64,000 nt of DNA from Gammaproteobacteria bacterium (GTDB lineage: Bacteria > Pseudomonadota > Gammaproteobacteria > QZLD01): assembly GCA_004796365.1 (NCBI GenBank), contig QZLE01000189.1, positions 12,471 through 76,470 of the forward strand, written 5' to 3'. The notes under the pieces were generated by a model. The model was not told where the DNA came from and ran no database searches. It saw only the letters and a list, made by a program, of their open reading frames with translations. This document shows, piece by piece, positions 10,844 to 20,557 of the stretch (within the stretch, counting starts at the first letter, position 1; each line of letters opens with the position of its first letter). Made by a program: the position numbers and the translations under genes.

Positions 10844-11878
10844 TTATTTTGTCATTACGCCAATTATTGGCGCTATATAGTTAAAGATTAGACCGGATGT
10901 TGAAAACAGTATTAACAGTAAACTAAAAAGTGTTATCAGGAGTTTCGGTTTCATCACCTGTTTTAGCATCAAAAATTCGGGAATGCTGGCCCCAACAACA
11001 CTCATCATAAATGTCAGGGTGGTGCCAACAGGCACGCCTTTAAGAAGCATTGATTCTGCCACCGGTATCATTGCAGAGGCATTTGAATAAAGCGGTATGC
11101 CCAAAATACTTGCAAGCGGCACTGTCCACCAATCTCCTGCAGCCAGGTTAGATTCAACCCATTCCGCCGGAACGAATCCATGAAAAATTGCACCTACTGA
11201 AATGCCTATTATTACCCATTTCCATATCCGCTTTACAATTTCCTTCACTTCATTTTTTGCAAATTCATGGCGTTCCGACCAGGTAATGGTAGCTGATGTT
11301 GACTCTTTAGAACATTCACAAGAACAGCCGTTGGCTTGTTGTGTTGCTGCCATATCCAAGGATTTGGCGCCAAGAGGTGACAAGTGTTTTTCTGCTTTTA
11401 TAAGGTCAAAAAACCAGCCGCCAAGCATGCCGGAGATAATTCCTACAGATACATAGATTACTGTAAATTTCAGCCCAAGTATTGATCCTAATAATAGAAC
11501 GGCAACCTCATTAACGATTGGTGATGTAATGAGGAATGCCATGGTGATACCGACCGGAATTCTAGCAGCAGTAAATGCTAGAAATAGTGGAATGCTACTG
11601 CAGCTGCAAAATGGGGTAACAGCGCCGAAAGCGGCTGCCATTAAGTAACCAGCGTATCTATTTTTGCCGCTTAGGTAGTCACGTACCCGCTCTATGTCGA
11701 GTGATGCGCGCATAATTCCGATCAGGTAAATTAGTATAACCAGCATAACAAAGATCTTGGTTATATCTTCTATAAAGAAATGGAGGCTGTGGGTAAGGTG
11801 TTTGTTTTGATCTAGATTAAGAATGGAATAAGTTATCCAGTCAGCGAATATGGTAAAAATAACGAAAATATTTGTCAT
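10844..11878 (-). CDS. polytopic inner-membrane permease (COG0701/ArsP-like) with Cys-rich loop
   Basis: 344 aa with multiple hydrophobic helices. Central loop NGCSCECSKE and a conserved PFCSCSSIP motif. Confidence 0.8.
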   Translation of the reverse strand: MTNIFVIFTIFADWITYSILNLDQNKHLTHSLHFFIEDITKIFVMLVILIYLIGIMRASLDIERVRDYLSGKNRYAGYLMAAAFGAVTPFCSCSSIPLFLAFTAARIPVGITMAFLITSPIVNEVAVLLLGSILGLKFTVIYVSVGIISGMLGGWFFDLIKAEKHLSPLGAKSLDMAATQQANGCSCECSKESTSATITWSERHEFAKNEVKEIVKRIWKWVIIGISVGAIFHGFVPAEWVESNLAAGDWWTVPLASILGIPLYSNASAMIPVAESMLLKGVPVGTTLTFMMSVVGASIPEFLMLKQVMKPKLLITLFSLLLILFSTSGLIFNYIAPIIGVMTK

Positions 11879-11885
11879 ATCGATA

Positions 11886-11919
11886 ATTCTATAGTTAGCT
11901 AAATGGCTAAATATAGAAT
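11886..11919. promoter_or_regulatory. AT-rich near-palindrome just upstream of the permease start (candidate operator, or weak mtaD terminator)
   Basis: ATTCTATAGTTAGC taaat GGCTAAATATAGAAT: about 14-bp arms with 1 mismatch, 8-41 nt upstream of the start codon at 11878. Confidence 0.3.
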
Positions 11920-11978
11920 GCGGGATTTTGTCGCATTAGTCAACCCATACGATGCTCATTGGGAATTGTTTCGTTTCG

Positions 11979-13295
11979 TTATGCCGCTGAAATTTTCAGC
12001 TTCCACTCATTGGCCCTAGAAATCAATTCCGGTTCATTCAGTGTTGTAAGCTTCCGATTATCAAGTAATTGCTTGCCAGCAACCCAAACATTAGTGATCT
12101 GTTCTCTGGTAGTTGCATAAACTATCTGGGAAATTGGTTCATAAACCGGCGCACTTTCAATTTTGCTTAGATCAATAGCGGTTATATCAGCCTGCTTTCC
12201 AATTTCCAGCGAACCTATTTTGTCGGCCAATCCAAGTGCCTTTGCGCCATTTATTGTGGCTATTTCCAGTGCGGTATGCGCAGGAACAGCATCTGCCTTA
12301 CCGGAAACACCTTTGGCAATAAGTGCAGCGGTTCGCATTTCGCCTAGCATATCTAAATCGTTATTGCTTGCGGAACCATCCGTGCCAAGGCAAACGTTTA
12401 CATTAGCTTCAATTAGTTTTGAGATGGGGCAGAAGCCACTGGCTAGTTTAAGGTTAGATTCTGGGCAATGCACAACGCTGATACCTTTTTTTGATATCAG
12501 AGCTATTTCTGCATCGGTCAGCTGGGTCATGTGCACTGCAAGCAGGTTTGAATTAAGAAATTCTGCATGATTCAGGTTTGCCAGCGGGCTTTTACCAGTT
12601 TCAGTTTTGGATTGTTCAACTTCAAAGGTAGTTTCATGGATGTGCATCTGTATTTGCAAATCCATATCATGCGCTAGTTGGCTTATTTTAGCTAACCCTT
12701 CTGGCGACACCGTATAAGGTGCGTGAGGGGCAAACATAGTGCTGATTAATTCATGGGTTTTATATTTATTATGTACTCGTATTCCTTTTTCAATGTAGTC
12801 ATCAAAGTTTTGTGCATACGCACTTGGAAATTCAAGGGCAATGATTCCAACGCAAGCTCGAATACCAGCATCTTCAGCAGCCTTAGCTGTTGCGCTGGGG
12901 AAAAAGTACATGTCATTTAGTGTCGTGGTGCCACTTTTAATCATCTCTGCTATTGCGATAGATGCACCATCATATACGAAGTCATTTGAAACAAATTTGC
13001 CTTCTGCGGGCCAGATATGGTTATTAAGCCATTCATTTAGAGGAAGGTCATCAGCAAAGCCTTTTAGCAAGGCCATTGCTGCATGAGTATGAGTGTTGAT
13101 AAGTCCTGGGATTAGTGCATGATCAGCTAGAGAAATATATCGTTCTGGGTTATATTTTTTCTGGGCGGCATCTCTGGGTAATATGTCGATGATCTTACCA
13201 TCTGATACTGCCAGTGCATGATTCTCCAGGGCAGTATTTGATGGTACAACAGGGATTAACCATTTAGCTTCGATTAAGGTGCAAATATTTTCCAT
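11979..13295 (-). CDS. mtaD: amidohydrolase, 5-methylthioadenosine/S-adenosylhomocysteine deaminase-like (TRZ/ATZ family)
   Basis: 438 aa. Metal-binding HTHTHAAM near the N-terminus, HMHIHET, GTDGSASNN. Confidence 0.75.
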   Translation of the reverse strand: MENICTLIEAKWLIPVVPSNTALENHALAVSDGKIIDILPRDAAQKKYNPERYISLADHALIPGLINTHTHAAMALLKGFADDLPLNEWLNNHIWPAEGKFVSNDFVYDGASIAIAEMIKSGTTTLNDMYFFPSATAKAAEDAGIRACVGIIALEFPSAYAQNFDDYIEKGIRVHNKYKTHELISTMFAPHAPYTVSPEGLAKISQLAHDMDLQIQMHIHETTFEVEQSKTETGKSPLANLNHAEFLNSNLLAVHMTQLTDAEIALISKKGISVVHCPESNLKLASGFCPISKLIEANVNVCLGTDGSASNNDLDMLGEMRTAALIAKGVSGKADAVPAHTALEIATINGAKALGLADKIGSLEIGKQADITAIDLSKIESAPVYEPISQIVYATTREQITNVWVAGKQLLDNRKLTTLNEPELISRANEWKLKISAA

Positions 13296-13355
13296 AATAT
13301 TCTCTTATTAGTATGCTAAGAGCTGCCTTATAATAAGCCAAGTCAGTTAGCAGCC

Positions 13356-14021
13356 TTAAACCAAACTGCCTTTCCAGAATGGTAATAAGGTGCTGAATAA
13401 TTCACTTCTAAATTCAGGAGCAATAAATTCAGCACCGTCTTTATGAGCCATTCTAACTTTTGACGGCAGGTTGCTTATCCTGGAAATACCTATGGTGATT
13501 GCGTAAGACCGAATCAATAAGCTTGCGCAGAAAAGATTGTCTTTATCAATGACTTCGCTAAGAGTTTCACCAAGAGATAGAACCTGTTTCTGTAATGATT
13601 TTTTATGCTCAGCAGCTGCTTCTATATCAATATTATTTTCAATAATATTATTACTCATGCCTGCTAGCATCACCATCATGCTGTTTTCAGCGTAATAGTC
13701 ACACCATTTATTTACGATAAATTCAATCTTGCTGTTGCATGAAGTACTGTCTGATTTAGCGCTTAAGATGATCGAGTGGGTTGTTTCAACAAACTGATTA
13801 AAAAGATCATCGATAATATTTAAGAAAATCTCTTCTTTGGTTTTGAAATAGATATAAATAGTACCTTTGGCAATATTACAGTGTTTGGAGATAGCGCTAA
13901 CTGTTGGCAGTTCAGTTGGGTTGCTTAAAAAAAGTTCCATCCCCGCGTTAAGAATAGACCTTTTTCTGATCTCTTTTGATTCTTCAGTGCTGGCGCGTTT
14001 AAGCTTTTTTTCCTGTTCCAT
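13356..14021 (-). CDS. TetR family transcriptional regulator
   Basis: N-terminal TetR HTH: RKRSILNAGMELFLSNPTELPTVSAISKHCNIAKGTIYIYFKTKEEIF. Confidence 0.85.
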   Translation of the reverse strand: MEQEKKLKRASTEESKEIRKRSILNAGMELFLSNPTELPTVSAISKHCNIAKGTIYIYFKTKEEIFLNIIDDLFNQFVETTHSIILSAKSDSTSCNSKIEFIVNKWCDYYAENSMMVMLAGMSNNIIENNIDIEAAAEHKKSLQKQVLSLGETLSEVIDKDNLFCASLLIRSYAITIGISRISNLPSKVRMAHKDGAEFIAPEFRSELFSTLLPFWKGSLV

Positions 14022-14183
14022 ATCTTCCTTGTATTCATACTAGTATTCATAAAAGATCCGTAATTTCCCATTATATTAGTTCTGAAACTACATTTCATCG
14101 TTATTTTAATGAAATTTAGATTTACCAATGGCAATAAATCTATTATTTTAAGCCTTACTACAAATTCATATAAAAAGTTATTT

Positions 14184-14606
14184 ATGTCAGGTCGCATCGC
14201 CATATTTCTGCTTGGAACAATGCTTACGCTTTTTAGTAAGCAGGTATTTTCAATGGAATTGATTGCTAATAAACGAAATAAAAGCGATGAAATAACTTTG
14301 AATCTTGCAAGAGCAATCTTTTCTGGAAGGATGAAATATTGGCCGGACGGTACTCCTATCCGTGTAGTCATGTTAGATAAACGCTCTGCTGAACACAAAC
14401 TGTTTTGTAAAGAAGTGCTTGATATTTTTCCACGCCAGCTCCAGCGTTCCTGGGATATGATTGTTTTTTCCGGCTATGGTGAAGGACCATATATCGCAAA
14501 AAGCCTACAGGAAATGCAGCAAGTAGTAAGCAAAACCACGGGGGCAATCGGGTATATAAGTGAAATATCTGAAAAAATGGAGGTGCAAATTGTTAACATT
14601 AAATAA
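14184..14606 (+). CDS. small periplasmic protein resembling one lobe of a PstS/PBP-like solute-binding domain
   Basis: ORF 14109..14606. ATG 14184 gives a signal peptide (MSGRIAIFLLGTMLTLFSKQVFS). PBP-like motifs: ARAIFSGRMKYWPDGTPIRVV and TTGAIGYISE. Too short for a complete two-lobe binding protein. Confidence 0.55.
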   Translation: MSGRIAIFLLGTMLTLFSKQVFSMELIANKRNKSDEITLNLARAIFSGRMKYWPDGTPIRVVMLDKRSAEHKLFCKEVLDIFPRQLQRSWDMIVFSGYGEGPYIAKSLQEMQQVVSKTTGAIGYISEISEKMEVQIVNIK

Positions 14607-15852
14607 GCATCTCGTATTAACCCTATTGTTGTTATCATATTCAGTTTCATCTTCAGCGGTTGATGGTCTGAATCTTCACGGCTATGTAACCCAGGGTTTC
14701 ATCCATTCTTCGGGAAATAATTACCTGACCGATAGCACATCGGGATCTTTTGATTTTGGTGAAGCCGGTTTAAGCTTTTCTTATCGTCCGCTTGATAGAG
14801 TCTTTATGTCCGCGCAGATATCAACCAATAACATTGGTGATCATGAATCTGGAGAAGATGATTTGCGCCTTGATTATGGTCTAGTAAGCTTTAATATTGC
14901 AGCCGGAAATACTTATGAAGCCGACTTGAGAGTGGGTAAGTTTAAGTATTTTTATGGTATGTTCAATGACATTCAGGATATACCAAACGCTATCCCTGGT
15001 GTATTGCCACCGCAATCGATTTATTTTGAATACTTCTATCCAGAACTTGCAACAAATGGATTTTTGATAAACCAGAGTTGGAGAAATCCGGATTTGGGCA
15101 GTCTTAAAGTTGATATAATGTATGGCTTGATAAACGATGAACGTGAGAAGCAAGATAGCACCTACGACGCCCTAATTCTGAAATATCCGGCACTCGTTAG
15201 TTCTACAGGTGTTGTGAGTCTTCATGATGGTGTTGGCGGTATACGACTTGAATACCTTTCACCTGATAACAGTTTGCTTATTAGCTATTCCCACCTGGTT
15301 TCTGATGGTGTTCAAACAATAACTGCACATACCAACGAGTGGGATTATAAAGAAATTGCTGATATGTACTTGGATTCATTGTCCTTAGAGTATGTAGCTG
15401 ACAGATGGACATTGACAGGTGAATACGTAACCAAGAAAGTGTTTGGATCGGTATATGCAAAGTATTTACCATGGGATCTTATTTACTGGGATTTTAAAAC
15501 TGAGGTTAGATCTGAAGCATTTTACCTTCAGTATCGTTATCAGCTTACCGAAAGATTTGAGCCTTTGATTCGCTATGAGGCTTATTATTACAATAAGTGC
15601 GACAGGGATGGAAGTAAGTATGAGGAAGACAATTCTCTGAATAAGGGTTACTATTTCTACAGTGAGGCATATGTTATCGGAGGCTCATATAAATTTAACG
15701 ACAAGTTGACCCTTAATGCAGAGTTCCAGGTTTATGATGGTGCAGCATTGAATGCTGCGGCTGGAGCAGTGGGGGACCCGTATAACAGATTGGCAGATGG
15801 GTTTGATCGTTACTGGAATATGTTCTTACTAGATATTACCTATTCATTTTAA
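14590..15852 (+). CDS. outer-membrane beta-barrel porin-like protein
   Basis: ORF 14560..15852. TTG 14590 lies 6 nt after GGAGG and gives the signal peptide LTLNKHLVLTLLLLSYSVSSSA. Alternating-residue strands, Y/G-rich, C-terminal ...ITYSF. Overlaps the upstream gene by 17 nt, suggesting translational coupling. Confidence 0.65.
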   Translation: MLTLNKHLVLTLLLLSYSVSSSAVDGLNLHGYVTQGFIHSSGNNYLTDSTSGSFDFGEAGLSFSYRPLDRVFMSAQISTNNIGDHESGEDDLRLDYGLVSFNIAAGNTYEADLRVGKFKYFYGMFNDIQDIPNAIPGVLPPQSIYFEYFYPELATNGFLINQSWRNPDLGSLKVDIMYGLINDEREKQDSTYDALILKYPALVSSTGVVSLHDGVGGIRLEYLSPDNSLLISYSHLVSDGVQTITAHTNEWDYKEIADMYLDSLSLEYVADRWTLTGEYVTKKVFGSVYAKYLPWDLIYWDFKTEVRSEAFYLQYRYQLTERFEPLIRYEAYYYNKCDRDGSKYEEDNSLNKGYYFYSEAYVIGGSYKFNDKLTLNAEFQVYDGAALNAAAGAVGDPYNRLADGFDRYWNMFLLDITYSF

Positions 15853-15871
15853 ATAGGGGTTTTATAGTGCC

Positions 15872-16765
15872 TTAAGCCTTTTTATCAAAGCCAACCATAA
15901 TGTCGCCAGTTACGCCTGTTGTGCCATCAGTACGTTCAAACGCGCTTTTCTGAGTTACCGTATCGTATTGATTTAGAGCTTGCTGAGTGTGTTGATACCC
16001 AAGTGCAATTGATTTGATGCCGGAATCTTTTAGTGATGACAGTACCTGGTTACCTTTAGAGTCGATTCGAAATAGCCTAAGTCTGTCGTAAACATGGTCA
16101 TTTCTGTCTATCTTATTGTCATGGTTGGAATCGTATTTTCTTAGCTCTTCATAACCATTACTGGCACCATTTTGATCTCCAAACAGCTCTTTACCGTTAT
16201 CTATTCTGCTATTGTTATTTTTATCAAGGGCTAGAAATGCATCATTTCCGGAAACGAAACTGGTTTTATCGGTAACGCCATCAGCATTTATATCAAAATT
16301 CACTCCATTTGTTACTCCGGTTGTTTGCAATCCATTGCCATCCATATCGAATGCAAGTGGATCAGATTGCTGAACTTGGTTGTTTTGACTTTGTTCGGAT
16401 GATATAGAAAGTGATACCCTTTCCTGTTTTATCATTTGGGAGAATTCAGGTCCTGCAGCAAATTCTTTGACCGACAGGGTGTTGGTTTTTCCAGCCTGTA
16501 TTTCTGCATTGATCGTTCTGTAATCGACGAATTGTTTGTTTGGTGTTGCATTTGATGATGCCTGAGATGAATCAATTGCATTTACTGCTTTCGTTGATTT
16601 ACCACTGGATACGACGCGCGTTAGAATCTGAAACTCTATCGAGTTTTTTAGTTCAGCGTCAATTTGGTTGGAGATATCATGAGTCTTAGGGCTAGCCTTT
16701 TCAACAGGTGTTGAGCTTGCCGGTACCTGATTTACTTGAGATACTACCAGATCGTTTATTGCCAT
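15872..16765 (-). CDS. calcium-binding protein with DxDxDG-type loops; no Sec signal
   Basis: 297 aa. FDMDGNGLQ, DINADGVTD, LDKNNNSRIDNGKELFG, DSNHDNKIDRND. The N-terminus is Ser/Gln-rich and not hydrophobic. Confidence 0.6.
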   Translation of the reverse strand: MAINDLVVSQVNQVPASSTPVEKASPKTHDISNQIDAELKNSIEFQILTRVVSSGKSTKAVNAIDSSQASSNATPNKQFVDYRTINAEIQAGKTNTLSVKEFAAGPEFSQMIKQERVSLSISSEQSQNNQVQQSDPLAFDMDGNGLQTTGVTNGVNFDINADGVTDKTSFVSGNDAFLALDKNNNSRIDNGKELFGDQNGASNGYEELRKYDSNHDNKIDRNDHVYDRLRLFRIDSKGNQVLSSLKDSGIKSIALGYQHTQQALNQYDTVTQKSAFERTDGTTGVTGDIMVGFDKKA

Positions 16766-16829
16766 AATTTAAACCTCAAAGGTTCAACGGCAGAAATAAT
16801 AAAAACTTTAGTTTTAAATAGAGAAATTA

Positions 16830-17801
16830 ATGCTGAGTCACAAAATCTCCATCGCCCCGATGATTTCATGCACTGATCGTCATTTTAGGTATCTGGTAAG
16901 GTTATTAACTAAACATACAGTTTTATATAGTGAAATGATTACAACAGGAGCGGTAATTTTTGGTGATAAGGAAAGGCATCTTGGTTTTAATGAAGGTGAG
17001 AATCCCGTTGTATTTCAGCTTGGAGGTAATGATCCAGCTGAAATGGCAAAGGCTGCAGAGATCGTAGAGTCTTATAATTATGATGAGATAAATATAAATG
17101 TCGGTTGCCCGAGTGAAAGGGTGCAGTCCGGCAAATTTGGGGCTTGCCTAATGGCTGAGCCAGAACTTGTCGCACAATGCGTAAAGGCCATGAAACAACA
17201 GTTACAGATTCCAGTAACGATTAAGACAAGGCTCGGTTTTAAGGATAGCTATAAATATGAAACACTATGCAATTTCATAGATGTCAATGCTGAAGCCGGT
17301 TGCCAAACGTTTATCATCCATGCTCGAACTGCTAAATTGGATGGATTTTCTCCGCGCCAGAATCGCGAACTTATACCGGTAATGTATGATGAGGTTTATA
17401 GGCTCAAACAAGACTATCCGCAGCTTACTATTGTTATTAATGGCGATATAACCCGGAGAGAACAGATCAGCCACCACCTTGAATACGTGGATGGAGTTAT
17501 GATAGGCAGGGCTGCATATATCAATCCAATTTTGCTTAAGCAAGTTGACAGTGAATTTTATGGGGTTGAAGATGCTGGCTGCATAACTAGAAAAGAATTA
17601 GTGCGCAATTATATTGGTTATATGGATGATCAGCTCAAAAATGGTGTTCCCTTACATATAATGGTTAAGCATATAATAACGATATTCCAGGGGTATGGGG
17701 GTGCAAAAATCTGGAGGCGACATATTAGTGAAAATATAACCAGTACCAAAGGTAATATTGAGGATGTAAATGATGGTCTGTTATTGGTTGATGACTGCTA
17801 A
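16830..17801 (+). CDS. dusA: tRNA-dihydrouridine synthase A
   Basis: ISIAPMISCTDRHFRYLVRLL..LYSEMITTGA matches the E. coli DusA N-terminus from memory. Also NVGCPSERVQ and HARTA motifs. Confidence 0.9.
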   Translation: MLSHKISIAPMISCTDRHFRYLVRLLTKHTVLYSEMITTGAVIFGDKERHLGFNEGENPVVFQLGGNDPAEMAKAAEIVESYNYDEININVGCPSERVQSGKFGACLMAEPELVAQCVKAMKQQLQIPVTIKTRLGFKDSYKYETLCNFIDVNAEAGCQTFIIHARTAKLDGFSPRQNRELIPVMYDEVYRLKQDYPQLTIVINGDITRREQISHHLEYVDGVMIGRAAYINPILLKQVDSEFYGVEDAGCITRKELVRNYIGYMDDQLKNGVPLHIMVKHIITIFQGYGGAKIWRRHISENITSTKGNIEDVNDGLLLVDDC

Positions 17802-17985
17802 AATGAAAATCTATTTAAAACTTATTTGTAAAAACAATTACATATGCAACTTGTTTAGTTTTAACCTTGTTTGATTACAAAAATTAAAGCGTGAATCTGC
17901 TCTAATAATTCGAAAAAACTACGACTAAAGTATCAAAAGCAAAAATCATGGTCTAATATTTTTATAAGTACTATATATCACTAAT

Positions 17986-18360
17986 ATGGAGGCTTTTGTG
18001 GCAAATATACTTATTGTCGATGATTCAGCATCTATGAGGCAGATGGTTGGTTTTACCCTCAAGAGTGCGGGACACGGAGTTACCGAATCCGTCGATGGAG
18101 TAGAAGCGCTCAACGCAGCTAAGGGTCAAGGATTTGACCTTGTGGTTAGTGACGTGAATATGCCAAACATGGATGGAATCTCACTAGTGAAAGAGCTGCG
18201 CGTGATGGATACATATAAGTTCACACCGATTCTTCTATTAACTACTGAATCAGCAGCGGAAAAGAAGGCGGAAGGGAAGGCTGCCGGAGCAACAGGATGG
18301 ATTGTTAAACCCTTTAGTCCTGATCAGCTACTTGCTACTGTCAAGAAGGTTTTAGGTTAA
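17986..18360 (+). CDS. cheY: CheY-type single-domain response regulator (module 1)
   Basis: ILIVDDSASMR, VVSDVNMPNMDG, LLLTTE, WIVKPF: all phospho-acceptor residues are present. GTG 17998 (5 nt after GGAGG) is an alternative start. Confidence 0.9.
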   Translation: MEAFVANILIVDDSASMRQMVGFTLKSAGHGVTESVDGVEALNAAKGQGFDLVVSDVNMPNMDGISLVKELRVMDTYKFTPILLLTTESAAEKKAEGKAAGATGWIVKPFSPDQLLATVKKVLG

Positions 18361-18465
18361 GCTTATAACTGCACAGGAAGGTTTTAGCTAAATCCTTTGT
18401 GCTTGAGCACGCCCACAGATTTGCATCCACACTGTGCCTTGCATACAAACTGTAAAGGAAAATCG

Positions 18466-20541
18466 ATGAATATTGATGTTACGCAGTTTCATCAAGTCTT
18501 TTTTGAAGAAAGTCTTGAGGGTTTGGACACCATGGAATCTATTCTCCTTCAAATGGAATCTGGAGAATATGAAGATGAAGATATCAATGCTATTTTTCGT
18601 GTAGCTCACTCTATTAAAGGTGGAGCTGGGACATTTGGTTTTGCGCATATATCCGAGTTTACCCATGTTCAGGAAACTTTGCTGGATGAGATAAGGGAAG
18701 GCCGCAGGCTGATGACCCCTGAAATTATCACACTGTTGCTTTCCGCAGTAGACACAGTGAGAGAAATGATCAGCATATCAAAAGATAAGGAAGATATTCC
18801 TGAGGATATGGGGCAAGAAATCATTGCTAGCCTTACAGAGATTATGAATACAAAAGGCAGCGAAGTAAGAGGTAAAGCTTCAAATAAAGACAGCAGATCT
18901 CAGGAAGACCCTAGTGAATCATCTAGTGATAAGTCCGAAGATGATAAAACCCCGATTTGGCAGATAAAGTTTGCGCCACATAAAGATATGCTTAGAACAG
19001 GTAATGATCCTGTGCGCATGATCAGTGCTCTTGAAGACCTTGGTAAGATCGAAGTTATAGCGAATACCGAAGCTGTGCCTCCGTTAACCGATATAGACCC
19101 TGAAGCTTGTTATATGTCTTGGGTGATAAACCTTGATTCAAAGTGTGAAAAATCTCAGATTATTGAGGTTTTCGAATGGGTCGAGGATGAGTGTGATTTG
19201 GAGATAATCCAGATAGAGCGTCAAACAGTTGAAACCGATGCTAAAGAGCAGCCGGGAAGCGAGGTTGTGCCGGTAGAAAGAAGAGCTGGTGATCGCCGCA
19301 AACAAAACGAACGAAGAAAGTCAGAAACTGGCCGCAGAAAGACGGATGACAGCTCTAGTGCAAGTTCTATACGCGTAGGTACAGATAAGATTGATGAGCT
19401 AATAAATATGGTTGGGGAATTAGTTATTACCCAGTCAATGCTTGGTGTGTTGGGTGAAGACTTTGATATGAGTAAAGTGGAGCGTCTTCAAGATGGTCTA
19501 ACAGAATTGGAAAGGCATACACGACAGCTGCAGGAAAGCATAATGCGTATTCGCATGGTGCCAATAAACTTTGTATTTAGCCGCTTTCCACGCATGGTAC
19601 ATGACCTAAGCCAGAAGCTTGGAAAAAAGATTGATTTGAGGATATCTGGTGAATCGACTGAGCTTGATAAGACTGTTGTCGAACAGATTGGTGACCCACT
19701 AACGCATTTGGTTCGAAATAGTGTAGATCATGGTGTTGAACTGCCGGATGAAAGAGCTGCTGCAGGTAAGCCGGAAGTTGGTGAAGTTCATCTTAATGCT
19801 TACCATAAAGGTGGAAGCATTATTATTGAGATCAGTGATGATGGTGCGGGCCTTAATACAGACAAAATTCTGCAAAAAGCGATAGATAAAGGAATTGTTG
19901 ATGAAGAAGAGTTACCAGATTCTAGAATTCACGAGTTGATATTCCACCCTGGTTTTTCTACTGCAGACGAGGTTAGTGATATCTCTGGTCGTGGCGTAGG
20001 TATGGATGTAGTTAGAAAGAACATTATTCGCCTGGGCGGAAATATTGAAATCAAGTCAAAGCGAGAACAGGGTTCAATATTTAGAATCAGTTTACCTCTT
20101 ACTCTTGCAATTCTTGATGGCCAAATTATTAGTGTTGGATCTGAGAAATACGTTGTGCCGATTGCATCAATTATTGAGTCGATACAAGTAAAACCGGACA
20201 TGGTTAACAAAGTCTCTGGTAAGGGCGAAGTATTCGAGCTGCGTGGGGAATACGTCCCTATTCTCAGGATGCATGCGTTCTTTGGAATAAAAGGTGATTT
20301 TGCTCAAAACCTAGAAAATGGAATTTTGGTTGTTGTCGAAGGTGATGGTAAGAAATGCGGCTTGTTTGTTGATCAGCTATTAGGCCAGCAACAAATCGTA
20401 ATTAAATCTCTGGAAACCAATTTTGTCAGAATTCAGGGGTTATCTGGTGCCACGATATTTGGTGATGGGTCAGTAGCACTGATTTTAGATATACCGGGCA
20501 TGGTTCGTCAGGCAATTGAAAATCATAAAGAATCGGCCTAG
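18466..20541 (+). CDS. cheA: chemotaxis histidine kinase CheA (module 1)
   Basis: ORF 18397..20541; ATG 18466 gives MNIDVTQFHQVFFEES. HPt FRVAHSIKGGAG, dimerisation IRVGTDKIDELINMVGELVI, N box HLVRNSVDHG, G1 DDGAGL, G2 GRGVGMDVV, C-terminal CheW-like domain. Confidence 0.95.
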   Translation: MNIDVTQFHQVFFEESLEGLDTMESILLQMESGEYEDEDINAIFRVAHSIKGGAGTFGFAHISEFTHVQETLLDEIREGRRLMTPEIITLLLSAVDTVREMISISKDKEDIPEDMGQEIIASLTEIMNTKGSEVRGKASNKDSRSQEDPSESSSDKSEDDKTPIWQIKFAPHKDMLRTGNDPVRMISALEDLGKIEVIANTEAVPPLTDIDPEACYMSWVINLDSKCEKSQIIEVFEWVEDECDLEIIQIERQTVETDAKEQPGSEVVPVERRAGDRRKQNERRKSETGRRKTDDSSSASSIRVGTDKIDELINMVGELVITQSMLGVLGEDFDMSKVERLQDGLTELERHTRQLQESIMRIRMVPINFVFSRFPRMVHDLSQKLGKKIDLRISGESTELDKTVVEQIGDPLTHLVRNSVDHGVELPDERAAAGKPEVGEVHLNAYHKGGSIIIEISDDGAGLNTDKILQKAIDKGIVDEEELPDSRIHELIFHPGFSTADEVSDISGRGVGMDVVRKNIIRLGGNIEIKSKREQGSIFRISLPLTLAILDGQIISVGSEKYVVPIASIIESIQVKPDMVNKVSGKGEVFELRGEYVPILRMHAFFGIKGDFAQNLENGILVVVEGDGKKCGLFVDQLLGQQQIVIKSLETNFVRIQGLSGATIFGDGSVALILDIPGMVRQAIENHKESA

Positions 20542-20557
20542 CAATTAGGGGAATATA

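Noticed and set aside
13925-14398. 157-aa ORF on the minus strand spanning the TetR start and the PBP-like gene
   Set aside because: It overlaps two better-supported genes and the divergent promoter region. Its sequence has no recognisable features.
19276-19350. Arg-rich stretch ERRAGDRRKQNERRKSETGRRKTDD in CheA of module 1, which looked like a PilZ-type RxxxR c-di-GMP motif
   Set aside because: No partner D/NxSxxG motif or PilZ barrel follows. It sits in the P2-P3 linker, where charged low-complexity spacers are common. It is noted only as a possible flexible linker.
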